A stretch of DNA of 45,310 nucleotides from the IMG/VR virus record IMGVR_UViG_3300045988_086497, positions 1 to 45,310 of that record. The stretch is one strand, 5' to 3'. This DNA is from a virus. Position numbers and translations under genes: made by a program. Below are positions 1-8,397 of this stretch, in pieces. Within the stretch, counting starts at the first letter, position 1. Each line of letters begins with the position of its first letter. A model generated the notes under the pieces. The model ran no database searches. It worked only from the letters and a program-made list of their open reading frames with translations, and had not been told where the DNA came from.

Positions 1-55
1 AATTTGCTTCGAGCTACTACATGCCAAAAATTAGAAAACTTAATTTTTCACAAGC
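1..55. repeat. Terminal duplication copy 1 (identical to 45256..45310)
   Basis: 55/55 nt identity between the window start and end. Confidence 0.95.
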
Positions 56-197
56 GGTGGCTTTCGTTGAGGAAAATCCAAAAGTTTTACGGAAATTCAT
101 TGTAATTGACGAAGTAAGACACAAAGCTGTTGCTGATTTTCCTAAAATCAGTTTGGTTAGAAAAGTTTTGAAAAAAACGTTTGGGAGGAATCAATGA
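3..197 (+). CDS. Hypothetical protein, C-terminal part of junction-spanning ORF (N-terminal part at 45117..45310; about 111 aa once circularised)
   Basis: Frame open from window edge to TGA 195-197 and in phase with the ORF running off the 3' end; ATGA overlap with next gene. Confidence 0.5.
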   Translation, partial: FASSYYMPKIRKLNFSQAVAFVEENPKVLRKFIVIDEVRHKAVADFPKISLVRKVLKKTFGRNQ

Positions 198-418
198 TGA
201 ATTATGAAACGTTTTTTGAAACAATTAAAAGTCAAAAGCCAAAAGGAGTTCCTTTAGCAAAATACTTAATGACTCACCCATCACGAACACACTCAAGAAG
301 CACATTAGAAGTTGTCGCCAAAAACCTTAAACAATGTCAAAGGCAAAAACGATTGCCTTCAGAAACGGTGATGAGATGTGTTGAACAGTACTTTGATTTT
401 TCGGAGAAATTAAATTGA
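194..418 (+). CDS. Hypothetical early protein
   Basis: ORF with GGAGG upstream, tightly packed in a + strand operon. Confidence 0.6.
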   Translation: MMNYETFFETIKSQKPKGVPLAKYLMTHPSRTHSRSTLEVVAKNLKQCQRQKRLPSETVMRCVEQYFDFSEKLN

Positions 419-433
419 TCTGGGGAGGTAGCT

Positions 434-808
434 ATGACTATTGATATTTTAAAAGAAAAAATGGACGGAATTTACGGTTGGAGTATTAAAGATGGCAAAG
501 TAGAGCCACCCAAACACACTTTTTCAAAAGCGGTTAAAGACCGTGCGGACTATTTTGCGGAAATGCTAGAAGATGGAATGACATTTTTAGGTTGTTTAGA
601 TTGCATCTTTAGCAACGAAGAACCAGAAGATTACAGTTGGGGAGCTTCTAAAGATTGGTTACCTAAATCAAAAGAATTCCAAGAATGGGAAGCTCTAGGA
701 CGCAGTTTAGCACAAAGTGAGATAGCCATTTATTTGCTGTTTGATAATTGGGAGGAGAAAGGCGATGAGGATATAACAAGAGTTGAAATTGTAGAGGTGG
801 ATGAATGA
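434..808 (+). CDS. Hypothetical protein (acidic)
   Basis: ORF with GGGGAGG RBS; ATGA overlap with next gene. Confidence 0.65.
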   Translation: MTIDILKEKMDGIYGWSIKDGKVEPPKHTFSKAVKDRADYFAEMLEDGMTFLGCLDCIFSNEEPEDYSWGASKDWLPKSKEFQEWEALGRSLAQSEIAIYLLFDNWEEKGDEDITRVEIVEVDE

Positions 809-1056
809 TTAAAAAGTATATTAAAATTACGCCTGTGGAAGCGATTCAAGTAACTGAGGGGAATCACGTTGAAGTAAGGAAGTTCACGCGTCAATCTATT
901 ACATTTGGCTATGTGTTATCAATGCATTCAATTGACACTTTTGAAGGTAAAATGCATTTTTCAGATGGTGATTATCTCATTAAGAACCAAACTGGTGAAT
1001 GCTATGTATGCAAGAAAGAAATTTTTGAGAAAACGTATAAGGAGATTGAAGAATGA
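805..1056 (+). CDS. Hypothetical protein
   Basis: Translationally coupled ORF (ATGA overlaps at both ends). Confidence 0.65.
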   Translation: MIKKYIKITPVEAIQVTEGNHVEVRKFTRQSITFGYVLSMHSIDTFEGKMHFSDGDYLIKNQTGECYVCKKEIFEKTYKEIEE

Positions 1057-1322
1057 AAGAAACAATTTTAATTTTAGTTCTTACTTTATTCTTCGCTTTG
1101 TCTATTTGGGAAAACAGTGCTCTAAAAGAAAGAGTTGAAAACTTGCTTCAAGACATAGAATTTTACAAAAGAAAAGTTCTTGAACTTGAAAGACGAGTTG
1201 TGAAATTAGAATATAATCCAGCGATTAGAAGAGGTAAGCGAGAGGATAAAATTCAATCGCTTAAGTATGAATTGAAAAAGCTTGAAGAAGAGCGAGACAA
1301 TGATTATATTGAGTTCGATTAG
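1053..1322 (+). CDS. Hypothetical membrane-anchored coiled-coil protein
   Basis: N-terminal hydrophobic helix (ILILVLTLFFALSIW) followed by a charged heptad-like region. Confidence 0.6.
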   Translation: MKETILILVLTLFFALSIWENSALKERVENLLQDIEFYKRKVLELERRVVKLEYNPAIRRGKREDKIQSLKYELKKLEEERDNDYIEFD

Positions 1323-1355
1323 AAAGAAAGGTGAGTAACTCGTTGTGGTATTCGC

Positions 1356-1380
1356 ACAGGTTCGATTCCTGTGACGGGTA
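1356..1380 (+). other. Isolated tRNA T-arm plus 3' acceptor-like fragment (no complete cloverleaf)
   Basis: ACAGG-TTCGATT-CCTGT stem-loop followed by GACGGGTA; no complementary 5' acceptor strand upstream. Confidence 0.4.
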
Positions 1381-1696
1381 TACCCAGAATAAATTTAAAA
1401 TGGAATAGAGGTGTTAACGCACCCCTTCTCACAAATTAGTATATAGCTAGTTAGTCTACTGGGTGGCTAGCTAGCAACAGACTGAAATATTTAGAAAAGA
1501 GGAACTCCTTAAAATTCTGTACTATCAAACAAATCTAAAGCAAGTTATCAGTCGCTTGTTATTCTGCAAGGCGCTGCTTATTCTTCATGGAAACTCAATG
1601 CGGGTCGTGCGCCTGCCCAAAAAGAAAAGCCCTGCTTACGCAAGCTCTTCGTTGTATAAATTCGTTAACATTATTATACCACTAAGGAGCTAGAAA

Positions 1697-2107
1697 ATGA
1701 GCAAGGCATCACAATTACTTGACGAACTAAAAAACCTAGACACAGACATCCAAAGCAGAATCGACGAGGTAAGAACGCTAGAAGCTGGATTGTTATCTAG
1801 TCCTAAATGGTCGGCTGACAAATTTAAAGGCGGAAAAACAACAAAGGTCGATGATGTATATGCACAGCTTATAGTTTTAAAAGAGTCAATCGAACATGAC
1901 ACGAACGACGTTATCAATCGAAAGCTTGAATTGAGTAGACTTATCAATAATGTATCTAACCCAAAAGAACGTGCTATCTTACGCATGACGTACATTCTGA
2001 AACAATATCCAGAGGATGTAATGGAACATTTAAAAATCAGTCAATCAACTTATTATCGATTGCGCAAGCATGCAACGGAAGAAATTGATGTTTTTTTGGA
2101 GTCGTGA
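1697..2107 (+). CDS. ArpU/RinA-like late-gene transcriptional regulator (sigma region-4-like C-terminal HTH)
   Basis: About 136 aa, sits immediately upstream of terminase genes; C-terminal ERAILRMTYI...ISQSTYYRLRKHA resembles sigma-70 region 4 / ArpU family. Confidence 0.6.
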   Translation: MSKASQLLDELKNLDTDIQSRIDEVRTLEAGLLSSPKWSADKFKGGKTTKVDDVYAQLIVLKESIEHDTNDVINRKLELSRLINNVSNPKERAILRMTYILKQYPEDVMEHLKISQSTYYRLRKHATEEIDVFLES

Positions 2108-2195
2108 TAAAAAATGGGAATAAATGGCATAAACAAGGGTAATCTGGGCGTGCATGGTGTTCTCAATGTGTTATTATAGTATTGTCAATAAATGA

Positions 2196-2228
2196 GGGCA
2201 AGGCACCTATGAAGTGTCTGCCCTTTTT
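2196..2228 (+). terminator. Intrinsic terminator after the late regulator gene
   Basis: GGGCAAGGCAC / GTGTCTGCCC stem followed by TTTTT. Confidence 0.65.
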
Positions 2229-2254
2229 GTTATAGTTGGAGGGAAAATTGGAAA

Positions 2255-2506
2255 TTGAACGAGGAGCTAGATAATATCATTGATATTGATATGACTGATT
2301 TTGGTTTTGAAATCGATGACTTCTTGACAACGGAACAAAAAATTAAAGAAAATGATTATTCTGGTAGTTTAATTGACGATTTTATGTTTATGCCCATGTC
2401 GATAATCGACACAAGAAAGGGTGAGTGGCAGTCAAGAAAAAGAATGTGGAAAGAACTGGGTATTGCTTCTGAATTTGAAAAATTGGCTGAGTGGGGTCTG
2501 TTTTAG
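2255..2506 (+). pseudogene. Possible truncated remnant of a ParB-/N4-N6-type DNA methylase N-terminus
   Basis: Non-ATG start; 83 aa; segment SIIDTRKGEWQSRKRMWKELGI resembles the conserved N-terminal motif of phage DNA methylases but no catalytic domain follows. Confidence 0.35.
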
Positions 2507-2536
2507 ATCTAACTAAAAAGAAAAGGAAGTGAGGCG

Positions 2537-2986
2537 ATGGCTAATGAAGAAAACTTAAAAGGGCATGGTTTCCACGAACGAAGTGTGAGCGAAGTGCGAG
2601 AAGTTCAAAGAAAAGGCGGAATAAATTCTGGCAAAGCTAGGCGGAAAAAGGCGAATCTTAAAAAAGCATTTGAAGCTATTCTTGAAGCGGATGTTAAGAG
2701 TGATAAAATTAAGCAACAGCTTGAAAATATGGGTTTTGAAGCAACCAATGAAATGGCTTTGGCTATGGTTATGATGCAAAAAGCAATGAAGGGCGATGTT
2801 CGTGCGTTTGAACAGATTAGTAAACTAACTTCTATCGATACTAAAGACAGTCTTGATAGGAAAGAACAGCGCGAGCGCATTAAAGCTATTCAATTAGAAA
2901 ACAGCAAGCGTGAGAAAGTCTTGGAAAATAACCTTGAGACAAATATGACTGTTAATTTTGTGGGGGCGGATGATGTTAGAGATTAA
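2537..2986 (+). CDS. terS: Terminase small subunit
   Basis: Position directly upstream of and overlapping terL; basic N-terminal region (QRKGGINSGKARRKK) typical of small terminases paired with PBSX-type large subunits. Confidence 0.6.
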   Translation: MANEENLKGHGFHERSVSEVREVQRKGGINSGKARRKKANLKKAFEAILEADVKSDKIKQQLENMGFEATNEMALAMVMMQKAMKGDVRAFEQISKLTSIDTKDSLDRKEQRERIKAIQLENSKREKVLENNLETNMTVNFVGADDVRD

Positions 2987-4253
2987 TGTTGATATTCCAG
3001 AAATTGTCGGCGGTGGTTATGGTGAGTTCTGGCGTTCAAAGAATTTTTATAGAGTTCTAAAAGGTTCCCGTGGTTCAAAAAAATCAAAAACGACGGTATT
3101 AAATTACGTTGTAAGACTTCTTAAATATCCTTGGGCTAACTTACTTGTTATTCGCCGATTTTCAAACACCAACAAACAATCAACTTATACAGATTTCAAG
3201 TGGGCTTGTAACCAGTTAAATGTTGCGCACCTTTTTAAATTCAACGAGTCATTGCCTGAAATAACGGTTAGAAAAACAGGGCAGAAGATTCTTTTTCGTG
3301 GATTAGACGACCCATTGAAAATCACTTCTATAACAGTAGATGTTGGCATTCTATCGTGGTTGTGGGTAGAGGAAGCATATCAAATCGAAAGCGAAGATAA
3401 ATTTAGCACTGTTGTTGAATCAATTCGTGGTAGTGTTTCAGACCCAACATTTTTCAAGCAAGTAACTATCACATTTAACCCTTGGAATGAACGTCACTGG
3501 TTAAAGCGTGTGTTTTTTGATGAAGAAACACGCAGAGGTGACACGCTGGCCTTAACGACGACGTTCAGGTGCAATGAGTGGCTAGATGAAATTGATAAAC
3601 AGCGTTATGAAGACTTGTATGCCACTAATCCAAGACGTGCTCGCATAGTATGCGATGGCGAGTGGGGAGTTGCTGAAGGGCTTGTGTTTGAGAATACTAG
3701 AGTAGAAGAATTTGATATTCAGAAAACAGTACAGAGGGTGAAAGAGACTACTGCAGGAATGGACTTCGGTTTCACGCAAGACCCGACAACACTTATATGC
3801 GTTGCAGTAGATTTTGAAAATAAGCGTCTTTATCTTTACAACGAACATTATCAAAAAGCTATGCTCACAGATGATATTGTTAAAATGCTAAAGGACAAAG
3901 GAATGCAACGTTCTTATATTTCAGCAGATAGCGCAGAGAAACGTTTGATTGCTGAAATACGCAGCAAAGGCATCAACGGCATTGTACCTAGTTTAAAAGG
4001 TAAAGGTTCAATTATGCAAGGCATCCAGTTTATGCAAGGGTTTGAAATTATCATTCACCCTTCGTGCGATCATACAATAGAGGAGTTTAACACGTACACT
4101 TTTAAACAAGATAAAGAGGGAAATTGGTTGAACGAACCAATAGACGCTAATAACCACATTATCGACGCAGTACGTTACAGTCTTGAGCGTTATCATATTC
4201 AGAAAAGAAACACAAACCAGTTTGATACACTTCGAGCTGGTTTTGGCTTGTAG
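2970..4253 (+). CDS. terL: Terminase large subunit (PBSX/Terminase_3-like)
   Basis: Walker A-like GSRGSKKSKT, Walker B-like LSWLWVEEA, C-terminal nuclease-like NHIIDAVRY; ATG at 2970 preferred over TTG at 2958. Confidence 0.9.
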   Translation: MMLEINVDIPEIVGGGYGEFWRSKNFYRVLKGSRGSKKSKTTVLNYVVRLLKYPWANLLVIRRFSNTNKQSTYTDFKWACNQLNVAHLFKFNESLPEITVRKTGQKILFRGLDDPLKITSITVDVGILSWLWVEEAYQIESEDKFSTVVESIRGSVSDPTFFKQVTITFNPWNERHWLKRVFFDEETRRGDTLALTTTFRCNEWLDEIDKQRYEDLYATNPRRARIVCDGEWGVAEGLVFENTRVEEFDIQKTVQRVKETTAGMDFGFTQDPTTLICVAVDFENKRLYLYNEHYQKAMLTDDIVKMLKDKGMQRSYISADSAEKRLIAEIRSKGINGIVPSLKGKGSIMQGIQFMQGFEIIIHPSCDHTIEEFNTYTFKQDKEGNWLNEPIDANNHIIDAVRYSLERYHIQKRNTNQFDTLRAGFGL

Positions 4254-4264
4254 AAAGGAATTAA

Positions 4265-5797
4265 ATGGCTTATACAGAAACATTCGTTGACAGTACAGGT
4301 GAAACACATACGTTAAAACCTCGTTTTCATCGACAAGCAAGAATGCGCTATCGAGCGGAGAGCTTAGAGGAATTGTTTGCAGAAGATTTTAAACTTTTAA
4401 AACAATATATTGATCATCATCAAACAGTACAGCACCCACGTATTCAAGAATTGCTTGATTACGCAGAAGGAAATAATCACACGATTTTGGAATCTGAACG
4501 ACGCAAAGACCAAGATATGGCAGACGCACGCGCCGTTCATAATTTTGGTGAATACATTGCTACATTCAAACAAGGTTATCTTGTCGGGAATCCTATTCAA
4601 GTTTCTTACGACGATTCAGACAATGAAAGTGTTACCAAATTCTTAGAAGAGATTTCGAAAGACAACAGTTTCCATCAGCTGAACCGCTCTTTGGTGCTTG
4701 ACTTATCTAAAACAGGTCGTGCTTATGATTTGGTTTATCGCACACAAGAAGATGAGACTAAAGCGGTCAAACTCGATCCAACATCAACTTTTGTTATTTA
4801 CGATATGACGAAAGAGGAAAATAGTCTTGTTGGCGTTAGGTATTATGACAAGAATCAGTTTTCTGACAATCAAAAAATTATCGAACTGTACACGCCAGAT
4901 GAAATTTTGACTATTGACTCGTCTAAAGATTTCAAAGTCGTCGATAGAGCACCACATTATTTCGAGGCAATCCCTTTAACTGAATATCTCAACAGCTCGA
5001 ATAGCATGGGAGATTACGAGTCTGTGTTGTCTCTGATTGACTTGTACGACTCCTCTCAATCAGACACAGCTAATTACATGCAAGACTTGTCAGATGCGAT
5101 TCTAGCCATCATAGGACGCGTTAGCTTTCCTGCCGATTGCGACACTGCAGAGAAACAAATTGAATTTATGCGTAAAATGCGCAAAGCTCGTTTTTTTAAT
5201 CTAGAGCCACCGGTCGATGCAAACGGAAACGAAGGTTCTGTCGATGCAAAATATTTGTATAAGCAATATGACGTTAACGGAACAGAGGCTTATAAAAATC
5301 GTGTCATTGATGATATTCATAAAATTACAAATACGCCAGATTTAAGCGATGATAATTTTTCTGGAACACAATCTGGAGAGGCGATGAAATGGAAAATTTT
5401 TGGTTTCGACCAAAAACGTGTCGACATGCAAGCGCTGTTTGAAAAATCACTGAAACGTCGTTACAAGTTGATTGCTCGAATCAGCGAGACTTTAAAAGAA
5501 ATTCAAGATTTTGATTTGTCAAAAGTTCGCGTGACATTCGTTCCGAATTTGCCAGCAGATACTTCAAGCGTCGTTGCAAACGCTAAAAGCTTGTATGGTG
5601 TCGTCAGCGACGAAACAGTATACAGCATGTTACAATCAGCGACTGGCGTTGACGCTAAAACGGAAATGGAACGAATTCGAAATCAACAAGAAAATTCAAG
5701 CTTACTGTCGGTTCAGTTGGAGAAGAATAGTCGCTTGTCTGACAATGATTTAAATGGAGAAGACGATGGTAAACGAGTACTGGAAGAAGAGGATTAA
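4265..5797 (+). CDS. Portal protein (SPP1 gp6-like)
   Basis: 510 aa directly after terL; size and order typical of portal. Confidence 0.85.
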   Translation: MAYTETFVDSTGETHTLKPRFHRQARMRYRAESLEELFAEDFKLLKQYIDHHQTVQHPRIQELLDYAEGNNHTILESERRKDQDMADARAVHNFGEYIATFKQGYLVGNPIQVSYDDSDNESVTKFLEEISKDNSFHQLNRSLVLDLSKTGRAYDLVYRTQEDETKAVKLDPTSTFVIYDMTKEENSLVGVRYYDKNQFSDNQKIIELYTPDEILTIDSSKDFKVVDRAPHYFEAIPLTEYLNSSNSMGDYESVLSLIDLYDSSQSDTANYMQDLSDAILAIIGRVSFPADCDTAEKQIEFMRKMRKARFFNLEPPVDANGNEGSVDAKYLYKQYDVNGTEAYKNRVIDDIHKITNTPDLSDDNFSGTQSGEAMKWKIFGFDQKRVDMQALFEKSLKRRYKLIARISETLKEIQDFDLSKVRVTFVPNLPADTSSVVANAKSLYGVVSDETVYSMLQSATGVDAKTEMERIRNQQENSSLLSVQLEKNSRLSDNDLNGEDDGKRVLEEED

Positions 5798-6722
5798 GGC
5801 AGAACAGCTAGCTAAAATCGAGCGCGATGCGTCTTTGGGCGATGAATTTAAGCGTCTGTACAATTATCATTACAAGGAAATTGAAAAGGAAATACAAGCT
5901 TTCTATCATCGCTATTCTGATAAGAACGGCTTACCAATTGAAGAGGTGCGAAAACGAGTCGATGAAATGGACGTTAAAGCATTTGAAGAAAAAGCTAAAC
6001 GTTACGTTGCTGAGAAGAACTTTTCTCAAGAGGCGAACAGAGAACTTGGAATTTACAATCTCAAAATGAAAACGAATCGGTTGGAATTATTGCAACGTCA
6101 GCTTGATTTAGAGTTGATTGCTTTAGGTAACGATGAACAAAAACGCACCAAAGAGTTTGTCACAGAAGATTATATGCACGAAATCAAAACGCAAGCTGGA
6201 TTGCTTGGCAAGTCGGTGCTGACCAAAAGCGAAATCGTACAAACAGCTAAAACGCTACTTAATACGCCTTTTAAAGGTGCGACGTGGTCAGAGAACATCT
6301 GGAAACGTCAGAACGCACTGAGACAAGTTGTGGCAATAATGACGGAAGATTACATTCTGAAAGGAAAGAATCCAACGACGTTTATTGGTCAGCTTAGACA
6401 AGAATTTGATGTTTCTGCTAGTCAAGCCAAACGTCTGGCAGTGACAGAAGGTGCGAGAGTGGCGACAGAAGCACAAAAACAATCGTTGACAGCAAACGGT
6501 TATGACGAGTATGAGTACATAGCAGAACCAAGCGCTTGCCCGCATTGTGCCGCCCTAAGCGGTAAAATTTACAAAGTCAAGGACATGATGCCGGGTGAAA
6601 ACGCAGCACCTATGCACCCGCATTGTAGATGTTCGGTCGCTGCCCATTATTCAAGAAGCAAAGAAGAATACGAGGTTATACTTGATAAGTCAAGAAATAC
6701 GCCGTTAGGAGAGAATGGATGA
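5754..6722 (+). CDS. Head morphogenesis protein (SPP1 gp7 / Mu F-like)
   Basis: Follows portal; C-terminal CPHCAALSGK...HPHCRCS cysteine/histidine motif typical of the Mu F-like family. Confidence 0.8.
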   Translation: MEKTMVNEYWKKRIKAEQLAKIERDASLGDEFKRLYNYHYKEIEKEIQAFYHRYSDKNGLPIEEVRKRVDEMDVKAFEEKAKRYVAEKNFSQEANRELGIYNLKMKTNRLELLQRQLDLELIALGNDEQKRTKEFVTEDYMHEIKTQAGLLGKSVLTKSEIVQTAKTLLNTPFKGATWSENIWKRQNALRQVVAIMTEDYILKGKNPTTFIGQLRQEFDVSASQAKRLAVTEGARVATEAQKQSLTANGYDEYEYIAEPSACPHCAALSGKIYKVKDMMPGENAAPMHPHCRCSVAAHYSRSKEEYEVILDKSRNTPLGENG

Positions 6723-6725
6723 CTT

Positions 6726-6863
6726 GTGAAATTAAAGATTTTCATGAAGAAAAACAGAGAACGCATTGAGAAAAATAAGCGTGAGCCGGTGATTTTAAAA
6801 GCGCGTTTAGCAAATTTAAGCAGATACGCTGAACTGCTAGAACGAAAAATAGAAAGCTTATAA
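6726..6863 (+). CDS. Possible small basic coiled-coil protein (start uncertain: GTG 6726 or ATG 6744)
   Basis: Short ORF ending TAA 6861-6863; weak RBS. Confidence 0.3.
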   Translation: MKLKIFMKKNRERIEKNKREPVILKARLANLSRYAELLERKIESL

Positions 6864-6884
6864 GCTGATTTACGTAAGTCTTTC

Positions 6885-7076
6885 TTGCTTATCTGGCTAA
6901 TGCTTATTTTGTTCTTTGCTTGTGAGGTTAATATGTTTAGTTTACTTGCGATTATTTTTAGTATGTTACTACTAACGATTCTGGCAATACCGCTTTACCT
7001 GATCGTGGTAATTCCTGTCTGGTTTGTCGTAGGGATTGTTAAAGGCATAAAAAAAGGTTTAGAAAAAAATGAATAA
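6885..7076 (+). CDS. Small two-helix membrane protein (moron inside head module)
   Basis: 63 aa, almost entirely hydrophobic with a basic C-terminus; non-ATG start; followed by an intrinsic terminator. Confidence 0.45.
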   Translation: MLIWLMLILFFACEVNMFSLLAIIFSMLLLTILAIPLYLIVVIPVWFVVGIVKGIKKGLEKNE

Positions 7077-7077
7077 G

Positions 7078-7101
7078 AGTCGTATTTAATACGGCTTTTT
7101 T
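7078..7101 (+). terminator. Intrinsic terminator
   Basis: AGTCGTAT / ATACGGCT stem, 3-nt loop, then TTTTTT. Confidence 0.6.
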
Positions 7102-7106
7102 ATTTT

Positions 7107-7180
7107 GGGGAACATAGCAAAGAGGGGTAATGCGGCAGACTTTTAATCTGCAGGCGCAGGTTCGAATCCTGCTTTCCTCA
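7107..7180 (+). tRNA. tRNA-Lys(UUU)-like gene with weakened D-stem and one acceptor mismatch
   Basis: 74 nt. Acceptor GGGGAAC/TTTCCTC (6 of 7 pairs), D-loop with GGGG, anticodon stem GCAGA/TCTGC with loop CTTTTAA (anticodon TTT), 4-nt variable loop, T-arm GCAGG-TTCGAAT-CCTGC, discriminator A. Confidence 0.55.
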
Positions 7181-7355
7181 TTGACTTGGCTAGTCGTTAA
7201 ACAAGCCAAACAAACATCACTAGCGTGGCTTGTTTAGGTCGTGAATAGAATTACATTCAAGAGAGACTAGAGGGCGTGAGACGTCCGTTCTCGTGGCTCT
7301 ATGAGTGTATTGGAAGTTTGCGAACCATTCAGGACTAGCATGGGAGGAAAAAATA

Positions 7356-8000
7356 ATGAAAAAACAACAACTTATGGCGCTCAACGCACGTAACTTGCAA
7401 TTCTTTGCTGAAGGCGGCGAATCTGGCGGAGCAGACGCAGGCGGAAACGATAGCGGTTTGAACAACGATGCAGGAAATAACGACGCGCACGAAACAGATC
7501 CAGTTTTTGAAAGCCCTAAAACTCAATCAGAGCTCGATAGCATTATCAATAAAGCTAACCAAAAAGCTTTGGACAATTACAAAAAAGGCGAAGCTCAACG
7601 CATTCAAGACGCAATTGCCGAAGCGTTGAAAAAAGAGAAAGACTACTCACAATTATCAGAAGAGGAACGTGCTAAACGTGAATTTGAAGACAGCAAGAAA
7701 GTTTTTGCTGAAGAAAAAGCTAAATTTGAGCATGACAAATTGGTCGTACAAGTCGAGAAAGATTTGGTTTCTAAAGGTTTGCCAGCTGAATTCGCAGAAT
7801 TGTTTGCTCTAGATACTGCTGAAAACTCTTTGAAAAAAGTAGGAGAGTTCGAAGCAGTCTTCAATCAAGCGGTAGCTGAAGCTGTTAAGGTTTCCTTACG
7901 CCAAAAAGCGCCTGGCATTGGTGCTTCAAGCGTAAAACAAACCAATTACGGTGCTAGCTTGGCTCAACACGCTAATGCTAGCAGCAAGAAACTATTTTAA
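7356..8000 (+). CDS. Scaffolding protein (DUF4355-like)
   Basis: GGAGG RBS then ATG at 7356; N-terminal NLQFFAEGG motif; charged helical, coiled-coil-like composition; upstream of major capsid gene. Confidence 0.75.
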   Translation: MKKQQLMALNARNLQFFAEGGESGGADAGGNDSGLNNDAGNNDAHETDPVFESPKTQSELDSIINKANQKALDNYKKGEAQRIQDAIAEALKKEKDYSQLSEEERAKREFEDSKKVFAEEKAKFEHDKLVVQVEKDLVSKGLPAEFAELFALDTAENSLKKVGEFEAVFNQAVAEAVKVSLRQKAPGIGASSVKQTNYGASLAQHANASSKKLF

Positions 8001-8015
8001 AAGGAGGGGCATGAT

Positions 8016-8393
8016 ATGCCAAAAACATTTTTCGGTAATACTGAAATTCTTCATAACACACCTTACGAAGCAATTTCAGTTTTAGTTGACAAAACAACAA
8101 CAGGAACAGTAGTTGAGAACGGTCGAACTATTCTAAAAGCGGGAGCGATTCTCTCTGGGAACGGTGCTTCAGTTTTTGCAGACCGCACTAAAAAAGTGAA
8201 AGTTGAAACTAAACCGTCTGAAGCAACATACGTTGACGGAATCTTGCTTTATGATGTTGACGTCACAGACAAAGACGCAGTCGCTTCGCTTGTTTATCGC
8301 GGAACTCTGCGCGAAGACAAAATCGGAGCAGGAACTATTGACGAAAACGTCAAATCAAAACTACCACATATTCAATTTGTGAAAGGAGCTTAA
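8016..8393 (+). CDS. Head-associated protein (possible decoration protein)
   Basis: 125 aa ORF between scaffold and major capsid genes with GGAGGGG RBS. Confidence 0.55.
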   Translation: MPKTFFGNTEILHNTPYEAISVLVDKTTTGTVVENGRTILKAGAILSGNGASVFADRTKKVKVETKPSEATYVDGILLYDVDVTDKDAVASLVYRGTLREDKIGAGTIDENVKSKLPHIQFVKGA

Positions 8394-8397
8394 TAAT

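Noticed and set aside
1-55. The 55-bp terminal repeat as a biological direct terminal repeat or cos end
   Set aside because: An ORF reads in phase across the joined ends. The repeat length equals a common assembler k-mer. The terminase is a PBSX-like (usually headful) type. An assembly overlap on a circular contig is the simpler explanation.
905-1138. 77-aa alternative-frame ORF overlapping 805..1056 and 1053..1322
   Set aside because: The two in-operon ORFs are translationally coupled by ATGA overlaps and account for the region. The overlapping frame lacks an RBS.
1356-1380. tRNA T-arm fragment as the current attP core
   Set aside because: It lies about 28 kb from the integrase. A well-formed arm-repeat region directly abuts the int gene at 28972-29171.
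7220-7526. Minus-strand ORFs opposite the scaffold gene start
   Set aside because: They are antisense to the RBS-supported scaffold gene, low in complexity (Ala/Ser/Pro-rich), and lack translation signals.
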